Shown here: positions 12,676 to 23,300 of the stretch, piece by piece
Layout of the letters: each line of letters starts with the position of its first letter
Position numbering within the stretch: the first letter of the stretch is position 1
Source of the DNA: Prorocentrum cordatum
Taxonomy: Eukaryota
DNA: 64,000 nt
Reading direction: 5' to 3'
NCBI GenBank assembly: GCA_963575745.1
Contig: CAUYUJ010000103.1
Coordinates: 1 to 64,000, forward strand
Program-made: the position numbers and the translations under genes
Notes under the pieces: generated by a model
Told to the model about the DNA's origin: nothing
Seen by the model: only the letters and a program-made list of their open reading frames with translations
Databases searched by the model: none

Positions 12676-13379
12676 GTGCGCGCCCCCCCCGCCGCGCCTA
12701 GGCCGCAGCCACGTTTTCATCATTTTCGTGAGGAAGCCTCAGGTAATTCGAGGTGATCAAGATCCGGTTGTTTTGTTCCCCCCCCGCTTTCCCTTGCAAA
12801 AAACACTATAAAATGAAATTTCTTGTTCAAATATTATCAAATTTCAAGAATCCCTTGTAAAAAATAAGGTAAAGTGGACATTCGCGCGCGCAAGACGAAA
12901 TCCTTCCAAAAGCTTAGTGTTCGGAGCGATTTTAACATAAAAACATCAAAAAACCAATGGTTTTTCAACAAAAAAATGTCAAAATCTCATCCCGCGCGCT
13001 CTTGCGGATTCGTAGGAAACCCAACACTTTTTAAACATTTCTGTCAAACGGGCTTTTGCGAGCAACTTTTTCGAACTTCTGCGACAACGGTTGCGCACCT
13101 GCCAGGGCCATCATCCCTGTCAAATAATACCATGCGGGACACATTCGTTTTTTCTTCGCGCGCGCACGCCGAAATCTCCAAAAACCATTGGGTTCTGTGG
13201 GTGTGTACCCCACGCCAGTGTAGTAGCCACGGTCGTCCGCACGCCACGAAGTGAAGTGTCCCAACGTCATAGGGCGGGAAGCTGGGTTTGGGTGGTCGCG
13301 AAGAGTCGTTTGGATATTTGGTAGAGCTTGTAATGCCCCCCCACGAAGTGGGGGTATTGCCTGGTGTCGTATGAAAACC

Positions 13380-13417
13380 CTGGCACTGGGGAGAACACCA
13401 CGCGTTCGGGTAAAATG

Positions 13418-13449
<32 letters not shown>

Positions 13450-13720
13450 GGTTGTGGTTGTTGTTGTGGTGTTGGTTGTTGCGGTTGTTGTTGGTGTTGT
13501 TGCGATGTGGTTGTCGTCGTCCTCGCCCGCGACCCGCCAACCACCCACACGCGACCCACCCTGCGACCCACCCCGCGACCCATGCGCGATTCACCCGCGA
13601 CCCACCAATTTTGCTTTTGACGGCAATTCGGCGCCTGTGGCAGGCTCGTTGCGCAATGCGCAAAAATAATGGTGTTTGCGGAGGGTTTCTCCAGGGCCTC
13701 GCTGGTTGCCGGCGACCCCA
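13380..13720 (+). repeat. Relative of the 2790-3510 element in opposite orientation: (GTT)n, then CGACCC units, then ggcgcctgtggcagg
   Basis: Reverse-complement motifs of the GGGTCGC array and of cccgccgcaggcgcc. The head sequence differs. Confidence 0.65.
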
Positions 13721-14572
13721 TCGCCCCATCACTCTTATCCGCGCCTGCGAGGTGTTACGCATTTCCTCTTCTATCCGCTTCCGCTGGCCCTGGCGCTTGA
13801 GATTTCAACGATTATACGGATTGAGGGCGAATCGTGTTCAAAATGTGGCTCTCGCCTTAGCGCCCCCCCCACATTCGTTATGATAACAGCTCCCGACAGT
13901 CACAGGGACGGAGGGCGGGTATATGATTCTCGCCGCAGCGCCGCGCACATTCGTATGAAATAGTCCAGCAGCTACATTGATGGAGGGTGGCTTCATTCTA
14001 AGGGCAGAGTTGTGAGCCTCTTGGACCCCTCGTGGACCATCTGGGGTCGTCTTGGGGCGATCTTGGGCCGTCTTGGGCCCTCTTTAGACCGAGAAGGCGA
14101 GCGTGCGAAATTCTCACAACAGCCTACAGTGTTTCAGCGATTCTGGCGTCATGGGCCAGCACCGAGGGCTCCCAAGACTGGCCGAGAGGCCCACGAGCGG
14201 GCTCCAGGACGACGAACTGCGTGCCCTGAACGACTCTTTCCAGGCCTCTGGAAAAGTCACGCGACACATCCAGTCAGATCTGGAACACGGGGGTCTGGGA
14301 CCCTTCCTGACTATCTTACGACCTTCGGCCAATTCCGCAACCATGGCTGGGTCGTGGGGCCTCTTGGGGATCCTCTCGGGTCTTGGGAGCCTCTTAGAGG
14401 ATCTTGGGGGGCACTGGGCCTATGTGGCAACTTCGGAGCCTCATGGGGGCCTGCTGGCCGTCTCGGGGGCAATGTTCAGGGAACAGGCTCGACATGCCAG
14501 TTCGGGTTCCCCCTCTTGGGATGGGCCCTCTTGGGCCTCTAGCGCGCCCCCATGAGCCGTCTTGGTGGCCTC

Positions 14573-17361
14573 TTGGGCCGTCTTGGAGCGTTTGAAGGCT
14601 GGAAAGGCGAGAACGGTCAAATCTTTCAAGAATCAGCCGGTCAATGTTTTTGCCCTCTTGGGGTTATGCGAGGACCTCCCAAGAGGGATCCAGAACACCT
14701 GGCGTGCTGATCCCAAGGCTACAACGAATTATGGTGTTTTGGGTGGGGGACGGGGGGACCTTCTGGGCCTTCGCGGGGTGCACTCGTCGCCACGGATGGA
14801 CACGTCTCGAGGTCCTGGTCAACACGCGCTCCAGAAGGGACTCGGGGTATCGGTTTGAGGTGGGGGGCGAGGGGTGGAGGAGGGAGGAACGAGACGGAAC
14901 GAGTAGGGGGAGCAGCGCTGCGACCCTCCCCCCCCTTCTCCCTCCCCATTCCCCCTTCCCCTGTCCTCTCCCCCTCTCACCTCCCCCTTTCTCCTCCCTC
15001 CTCTCCCTCCATCCCCCCCTATACCCCTCATCCCCCTCCTCCTCCTCCTCCTCCTCCTCCTCCTCCTCCTCCTCCTCCTCCTCCTCCTCCTCCTCCTCCT
15101 CTTCCCATTGTTGCTCCTCCTTGCCGTCAGGCCGAGGCAATTTGCAAATGCCTCGCTACCGCGGAAAGCGGTGCTTCCCGGGTTCCGCGTTCCGAGTGGC
15201 ACCGCCTGAATGCTGCGTGGGTCCAAATGATGTCAGGCTCCTTATCACGCCCACTCGCGGGTGCTACAAGAAACCTGCGGAGAAAGGCGTCTCTTTTGGG
15301 AGGCTTGTGATCGTTCGTTGTCGTCCTGCGTGTCTTGCTTTGTCGTCGTATCCGTCGCCCCCATACCTCTTTGGGAGTTGCGGCGCGGCCCTGGATTAAG
15401 TTCCAGGGTGAGCGTTGTTTGCGTTCCCGGGCCAGATTGTGGCCCTCCCGACCCCCTTCCGCCGCCCCCTGCTACCGCCGCTGTCGCCGTTGCAGCTGCC
15501 AGGCCAGGGTTTTTAGTGCCCTACCACCTCGGCCAAGAGGCGCGGCTTGGGCGCGAGGTGAACCGCCGTTGACGTTCACGCGGGCGGGGCCCGCGGCATC
15601 CCGCTTGTAACCTCTTGATCGCGGTGCTCTCTGCCGCGGGCATACTGCTGCAGTGCTAGTGGGGGCGCGGGTGCTGGGCAACGCCCCGCGTTTCGCCCTT
15701 TGGGTTCCGATCCCGAATTCCCATGCGACAATTTGGCGCGGGGCGTAGGGCGTTCCTTGGTTTGCTTTTATTTTTCTTGGTTTTCTCCCTAAGGCGTAGC
15801 GTTGCTGGCGCTATTGGGATTTAGTCAGGGAAAGTAAACCGGAGGTTAGGTCCAAGCTTGTGCCCGTGACCCCTTTTCTGCGCGAGTGCCTTTGGTGTTG
15901 GCCGTTGGGCGCCCTTAGTCTTGGCTAGGGCGCGTCGGCCCGCGCTCGTTGAGCGCCACGGTTTTGGGCCGTCTTGGAGCGTTTGAAGGCTGGAAAGGCG
16001 AGAACGGTCAAATCTTTCAAGAATCAGCCGGTCAATGTTTTTGCCCTCTTGGGGTTACGCGAGGACCTCCCAAGAGGGATCCAGAACACCTGGTGTGCTG
16101 ATCCCAAGGCTACAACGAATTATGGTGTTTTGGGTGGGGGACGGGGGGACCTTCTGGGCCTTCGCGGGGTGCACTCGTCGCCACGGATGGACACGTCTCG
16201 AGGTCCTGGTCAACACGCGCTCCAGAAGGGACTCGGGGTATCGGTTTGAGGTGGGGGGCGAGGGGTGGAGGAGGGAGGAACGAGACGGAACGAGTAGGGG
16301 GAGCAGCGCTGCGACCCTCCCCCCCCTTCTCCCTCCCCATTCCCCCTTCCCCTGTCCTCTCCCCCTCTCACCTCCCCCTTTCTCCTCCCTCCTCTCCCTC
16401 CATCCCCCCCTATACCCCTCATCCCCCTCCTCCTCCTCCTCCTCCTCCTCCTCCTCCTCCTCCTCCTCCTCCTCCTCCTCCTCCTCCTCCTCTTCCCATT
16501 GTTGCTCCTCCTTGCCGTCAGGCCGAGGCAATTTGCAAATGCCTCGCTACCGCGGAAAGCGGTGCTTCCCGGGTTCCGCGTTCCGAGTGGCACCGCCTGA
16601 ATGCTGCGTGGGTCCAAATGATGTCAGGCTCCTTATCACGCCCACTCGCGGGTGCTACAAGAAACCTGCGGAGAAAGGCGTCTCTTTTGGGAGGCTTGTG
16701 ATCGTTCGTTGTCGTCCTGCGTGTCTTGCTTTGTCGTCGTATCCGTCGCCCCCATACCTCTTTGGGAGTTGCGGCGCGGCCCTGGATTAAGTTCCAGGGT
16801 GAGCGTTGTTTGCGTTCCCGGGCCAGATTGTGGCCCTCCCGACCCCCTTCCGCCGCCCCCTGCTACCGCCGCTGTCGCCGTTGCAGCTGCCAGGCCAGGG
16901 TTTTTAGTGCCCTACCACCTCGGCCAAGAGGCGCGGCTTGGGCGCGAGGTGAACCGCCGTTGACGTTCACGCGGGCGGGGCCCGCGGCATCCCGCTTGCA
17001 ACCTCTTGATCGCGGTGCTCTCTGCCGCGGGCATACTGCTGCAGTGCTAGTGGGGGCGCGGGTGCTGGGCAACGCCCCGCGTTTCGCCCTTTGGGCTCCG
17101 ATCCCGAATTCCCATGCGACAATTTGGCGCGGGGCGTAGGGCGTTCCTTGGTTTGCTTTTATTTTTCTTGGTTTTCTCCCTAAGGCGTAGCGTTGCTGGC
17201 GCTATTGGGATTTAGTCAGGGAAAGTAAACCGGAGGTTAGGTCCAAGCTTGTGCCCGTGACCCCTTTTCTGCGCGAGTGCCTTTGGTGTTGGCCGTTGGG
17301 CGCCCTTAGTCTTGGCTAGGGCGCGTCGGCCCGCGCTCGTTGAGCGCCACGGTTTTGGGCC
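14573..17361. repeat. Tandem segmental duplication, 2 x 1,391 bp (14573-15963 and 15964-17354)
   Basis: The same ORF set recurs offset by 1,391 bp. TTGGGCC sits at both outer ends and at the junction. Only 4 differences were seen by eye. Confidence 0.97.
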
Positions 17362-17539
17362 TTGCAAGAATTCTTCCTCCTCGCCGTCGTCGTCGTCGTC
17401 GTCATCCGCCTTCTCCATTCCTTCTCCTTATGAATAATTTCTCCCTGTCGCACCCCGAGGCCAGTTTTCAGGGCGGGCTGGGCGTTTCGCTTGAGACTTC
17501 CTCGCTTGAGATTTCCTCGCCACTGATGACCCTGAAGGT

Positions 17540-18140
17540 TCAACATTGACGACAGCTTCACAGATTGAGGGCGGGTGGTTTTCAACATGTGGCTTTCGCC
17601 TTAACACCGCGCGCGTTCGTTTTCAACGCGTGTAAGAGTTTCACGGATTGAATGCGGGTGGTTTTCAAAATGTGGTTTTTGCTTTAGCGCCGCGCACATT
17701 CGTTGTCAACATTTGCAAGAGTTTCACGAATTGAGGGCGGTTTCTTTTCAAAATCTGGTTCTCGCCGTAGCGCGGCGCACATTCATGTCCAACATTTGCA
17801 ACAGCTTCACGGGTAGAGGGCGGGTCGTGTTTAACATTTGATGCTCGCCGTAGCGCAGCGCACATTCGTTTTTCAACATTTGCAAAAGTTTCACGGGTAG
17901 AGGGCGGGACGTTTTCAGCATGTGGCTCTCCCCTCAGCGCCGCGGTTAAATTTGCGCAAGAGCTTCACGGATTGTGGGCGGGACGTTTTCAACATGCGGT
18001 TCTCTCCTCAGCGCCGCGCGCATTCGTTGTAACATTGCGAAAAGGGCTTCAAGAATTGAGGGTGGTTCTTTGCAGCAGGTGGGTCTGGCTTTAGCGCCGC
18101 GCGCAGTTTTGGTAAACATTTGCAAGAGTTTCACGGGGTC
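17540..18140 (+). repeat. ~83-bp satellite, about 7 degenerate units (related units at ~13800-13990)
   Basis: Consensus caacatttgcaagagtttcacgg..gagggcgg...tggct.tcgcc.tagcgccgcgcacattcgtt recurs near 17541, 17624, 17707, 17790, 17874, 17948, 18030 and 18115. Confidence 0.9.
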
Positions 18141-19259
18141 CCATGATCGACGTACCATACATGGTGTTTGGAAAGGGTTCACGATATATGAAGGCGCAAC
18201 ATTCACGATGATTCGCGGTGTTGAAGTCCCAGCTATGGCGTTCTGGCGCGATCCAGGAACGTCAACACGCAACAGTCAGGTTTATCCGTGGAGTTGGAAT
18301 ACCGAGAGCAATGTCTTGGCATGTTTCAGGGTCATCAATCGGTTGTCTTCCACCGAGGCAGGTCCTTTTGTGGAGATGAACCGATGCAGGGGCCTATGAA
18401 AAAGGGCACTTGGGGGAGGGCTTACTCCGGCATCGTTGGTGAACCTCCTGTCCTCCTCCTCCTCCTCCTGTCCCTTCCTCCCCCTCCTCCTCCTGTCCTC
18501 TTCCTCCAGTCCCTTCCTCTCCTTCTTCATCCCCCTCCTCCTGTCCTCTTCCTCCCGGCATACTGGTCCTGCTCCTCCTCCTCCTCCTCCTCCTCCTCCT
18601 CTTCCTCCTCCTGTCTCCCGTCCAGCCATTTTTCCAGACACATCCGACGCCCCAAGCGCATGGGGGCCGCTCAGCCTGCCAACCCCCCTGTGGCCCTCCC
18701 AGGTCAGAAACGGCCCGGGGCCCTCTGGGCCAGGATGGCTCCGCCAGTCGGCCCCCTCCAAAGGGCCCCCCCCGTTAGACAGTGCCCCCCCGAAGGGGGA
18801 GGGGGCTCTCGCCTGCCTCGTCGCCTGCCCCACTGCGGCGCGCAGGCGACGCTGGCGTACTTGGCCGGGCTACAGCTGCCCGCCGCCCCCGTGCCTGCCG
18901 GACCTGGCGCGGCTGGTCCTCCTGGCACCCCCTGGGCCATTGGGGGGATGGTGGGCTTATGCCGTTTCGACCCGCCGTGTGGATGCGTTTCCAGTACAGT
19001 CGCACGGGGTCGTTTGGGAATCGGTCCCTCTCCCCCCCTCCTCATCCTCCTCCTCCTCCTCCTCCTCCTCCTTCCTCCTCCTTTTCCTCCTCCTCCTCCT
19101 CCGCCTCCTCCAGGCTGCCATTTGGGTGTGGACGTCCAGAATGACCCCTGCTTCTCATCATGGAAGTTGCTATCGTTTTTTTTTTTTTTTTTTTTTTTTT
19201 CTCCTGGTGCATCGCCTGTGTAGTGGTATAAGGCAATATGTAGAGCGACATCGACATGG

Positions 19260-19595
19260 TATGTTTTTTTCTTATGGCGTTGAGCGTCCTTCTGCTTAAA
19301 AACATGACATAACATAAGAAAACAAGGTTTTTTTTGAACGTTATGTTGTATTTCGTCTGGGGAAAATCATGCGATCAATACGAAACCGTTGTTTTTTTTC
19401 AACGCAACGTGTCATTTCGTTTGGAAAAAAAGACAGCGAACACACAAATTCCACATGCAAAATGTGCGACGCTCGAATTTATTTTGTAGAACGACAATAT
19501 CTTGCACATCTGTTCTTTGTGAAAAAAAAAAAAAACGACACATCGCGTTGGAACAAACCCTGCGTTTTCGTATTGATCGCACGGTTTGCCACTTG
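19260..19595. repeat. AT-rich region with imperfect inverted repeats
   Basis: tgcgatcaatacgaaa (~19370) is inverted as tttcgtattgatcgca (~19566), and the similarity extends ~55 bp. ttttcttatg/cataagaaaa form a second pair at ~19267/19314. Confidence 0.75.
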
Positions 19596-20065
19596 CGATT
19601 TTGGATTCTCCGCCCTCATATTCCATTCAGGTATGTCGCTCCACGGCGAAGACGCTTGCATTGACTTGCCTTGCCTACGAAATCAAAATAAATTTGTGCA
19701 CGTATACACATTCTCCTGGGAGTGCGAAGCAGATGGCCCGAAAAGCTGGGCCCAAAACGGCCCTACCCTGAGGTGCCCGGAGCGGCCTGGAGAGTCACGG
19801 AGAGCGGGGGGGTAGGGGAGAAGGGACAACCCACCATATCATAATATCATTAATAGATCGTACTCTGGCGCGCCCTACCGTGACACAGCCTACAAGAGTT
19901 TGTCACAAGGTCCTGACCGCAGGATGGCAAGTTGTGCACAACCCATTCGCGGTTTTCCCAGAACGTCCTTATGATTTGCTTTGGGCTGCCCCCAGAAGAA
20001 ATGCTGAACTTTGATTTCCCACAGTTTTGGTATCGAGATTCAGATCTCTTAAAGGGAGGGAAACC

Positions 20066-20098
20066 TGTTTCCAGATTCTCCGGGGGAATCTGGAAACA
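20066..20098. promoter_or_regulatory. Perfect 13-bp-stem hairpin ~220 bp upstream of the transposase start
   Basis: TGTTTCCAGATTC-tccgggg-GAATCTGGAAACA. The structure is seen directly, but its function is unknown. Confidence 0.6.
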
Positions 20099-20302
20099 AG
20101 GTCGTGCCCGCTGAATTGCCCTTTGTGATCAATACACTCGCGTTACACAGGCGGCACAGAGTTGAAAAGGAGGACGACGAGGAGGAAGAGGAGCAGGAGG
20201 AGGAGGAGGACGAGGGGGAGTAGGGGAACTAAAGGATTAGGCTCGTGAGTGAATAGTGCGTAAACCAAGATCATTGCGAGGATGTGTCAAACGAACGCGC
20301 AG

Positions 20303-20321
20303 TCATAGCATTTTGGCCCAA
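20303..20321 (+). other. Relict dinoflagellate spliced leader abutting the transposase ATG
   Basis: tcatagcattttggcccaA(TG) compared with DinoSL ccgtagccattttggctcaag. Confidence 0.65.
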
Positions 20322-23300
20322 TGGCTGCACATGCTCTTGCTTGCTTAACCCGCGCTGTGTGGGCGTGCAACCCCGCCGTCGCCGATGGGGATGGCAATGG
20401 GCTCGGCGGCTTCAGGGTGTCCCTCACGACGGCTGATTGCAACAGAATCGTAGCGGAAACCGTGATCGGTTTGAGCGGGGATGCGGTGGATGACGCCCTA
20501 CTTCACGACATAAGAAGGGACTGTCACAACCACGTCCACGAGGTGGGAGGGGGAGAGGGTTGAGGGGAGGCGGGGAGGAGGAGGGGAAGGAGGAAAAGGA
20601 GGGGAAGGGAGGAGGAGGAAAAGCAGGAGGGAGAGGGAAGGGAGTTGGGGGGGAAAGGGGGAAGGAGGGAGGAGGACGAGGGGGAGGAGGAAGAGGAGGA
20701 GGAAAAGGGGGAGGAGGAGGAAGAGGAGGAGGAAGACGTCTCTTCCTCCTCCGCCACAGAGCGGGCCCTGGGCAGGCACTTCGTCACAAAGCTGTTCCTC
20801 ACACAATCTTGGACGTGCGCGATGTTTTGGCGAATATGGGGAGTTGTGACATTCCCGAGGCACGGTCGGCTTTCCAAAGCGAGTGGGGCCACGAGGTTCC
20901 TTCGGATCCCGGGCCAGGGGGGTCCTTCGGGTCCCAGGGGTCCAGTGGATTCCAGAAGTCCCTGGGTAATCATCACCGACCCCGCTTACTTTCTCCAAAG
21001 GCATCGTGTCGGGCACTCGACGTCGCCGTGTCTCGTCGGGCGGCGGCGGCTGCTGCTCCTGTGGCTGCCGCCGCAGGCGCACGTCCTCCTTCTACTCCTC
21101 CTCCTCCTTCTCATCGTCCTTATCCTTCTCGTTTGCTCCATTATTCGCCCCTCCCCCTCATCCTTAAACCTCCGCCCCCCTTCGGTGCCCGACTGAGACC
21201 CGCCGCCCCATCTGGCAGAGGGGCCAGGGGCCGAGGGCGCGCTGGCGCGCGAGGGAGAGGCCGTCGAGCTCACGGCGGCGACGGAGGATCCGACGGCGGC
21301 GACGAACCTGACGAGGATGGTGCTGACCCCTGGGAGATCATTCGGCAGTTGAAACTTAAGGTTCATCGCTTGCAAATGGATGTCAGATATTGGCGGCTGA
21401 AGGCCGAGGGTTTGTCTGATAAGCTTCAGGATGCCAAGGATGACCACAATTCATACCGAGACAGGACTTCCTTGGAGTGTCATCTCGGCGGCGGTCCGAC
21501 GGGGGTCGGGGGTCGGAGAATGGGGGGGGGGGGGACTTTCAGAAACCAGGGCTTCCAAGAAGCCCCCGATAGTTTTAACGCAACGCCCGCGGGATTACAA
21601 GTATTCACCCTGGCTTTCAGGACCCCGGGGCCCCTTCTGGGCGCCGCCGATGCATCCAAAGAAAATGCGGCGAGACGGGCGAGTGCCTTCATTAAGTGTT
21701 TCTGGCGGGTACACTTTAGCAATGCGGCGTAATCAGTCTCACACTGGGTGCGATGCCATTTTGCTTCAACAAGAAAAAAAGGGGAGCCGACAGAATGCAT
21801 CGCGGTGGGAACGACTGATGTCAGCCAATATCGTTCTGCAGTCTAGAGATTACTACTTTGAGAATTACGAATACATCATGAACTTAGCCCATCGTCAGAT
21901 ACCCTCTTCTGGCATGTCTTACGAAATACATTGCATCCGCGGCGACGGGACCAACACCACCGTGGCTGGGAACAAGGCGCCTCTCTGCCATCCTCCAACA
22001 AACCTTATCATCCCACCGACCCCCCCTGGGGTGAAGTGGGATCCCGCCCAGCGTTCGCGCGATCCTGGATCCCTTATTTGTTGGGGTGGAGGGAAGGATG
22101 GGAGGGAGGGAAGGGAGGGGGGGAGGAGGAAGAGGAGGAGGAGGAGGAGGTGGTGGTGGAGGGAGAGAGGGGGGGGGGCTGGAAAAATTCAGTCGGACGG
22201 TCAATCGCCCCCTCGATTTATGCCCCACCCAGAGTGTTTTGGATTGCCGCGGGACTTTGGGTTCCTTATCCGATGGTGTACTTCGCTGACAATTGCTAGT
22301 CGTTTCAATTTTACCTATTGCCCTCAGGCCCATACGTGTGAGGTACGGAGCTGGTTCCGCCACGCTTCCATTACAGATGATGGGCGCCCTGATTATCTTC
22401 CTGCGCCGCCCAGCCGCCTGCGCGTGTGTCATGCGGATTTGGCAAAAATCCACGAGAGTTACGGGGGTGAGGAGGCGAGGGCTACATATATCAAGCAACT
22501 ATTGGGCCTTGGCATTTTCCCTTGGACATCGGAAGCTGTGTATTTCGATCAGCCAAACATGGAGACCACGAGCGACAAGCTGCCTCCCTACATGCACGTG
22601 CGGTGGTTCATTATGTGTGCAGACCAGGGCCCGGACCAGTTGGGTTGCGACAAATTAGCGTCGGGAGATGTCAGCGACATGCTGTGCACAGTGAAACTCA
22701 GAAGTTGGTGTTTGCGGCACATTGCGAATCTGATTAGAAAAACACAGCTGACGAGACTGGACAGATACAAATATTTCGGGACTTGTGCAAAAATCGCAAA
22801 CCTCTGGAGATCTTCTGGACATCCCGCCAAGATATATAACGCATATAAAGATATTACCAGCAAGGCTCGGGCGGATGAGGTGGCGAAAGTCCTTCCCCAG
22901 CGGGCTCTGCGGAACAGATGGGGATCAATCGCGAAACTTGAAGAGAAAATACTCAAGTGCGGCCGAGACGAGCTCCCTGCCGTGATTCGTCACGCCCTGG
23001 TTCCCAAAGCTAAACGTGTTGCCAGGGGCCGCAAACGCAACCTGGTCGATGACGAAGACAATGACGAGTTCGCTTATTCGGAAAAAATTTCCAGATGGGT
23101 TAAGGAAGTCGACCAGGGCTTGCACACGAATGATTTTTGGGCTTGCTTGTATATCGCAAATAAATGTTCTGGGCCGCTGGTGCATTTGGAGCGTTTTCTC
23201 GAAGGCGCCTGGAGGGGTCGGGCGCCTTGCCAAAGCTTCGGGTCGGCGAAGAACTGAGTGGGTTTTGAATCCCTGACTCCACCGAGAGGGGGAGTGGTTG

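Noticed and set aside
17520..17550. Possible hammerhead ribozyme (CTGATGA core)
   Set aside because: There is no GAAA after the putative stem II and no convincing stems I/III. The same applies to ctgatgag at ~60725.
18140..19170. Possible exons separated by CCT tracts upstream of the gene block
   Set aside because: No coherent reading frame or motif could be assembled on either strand.
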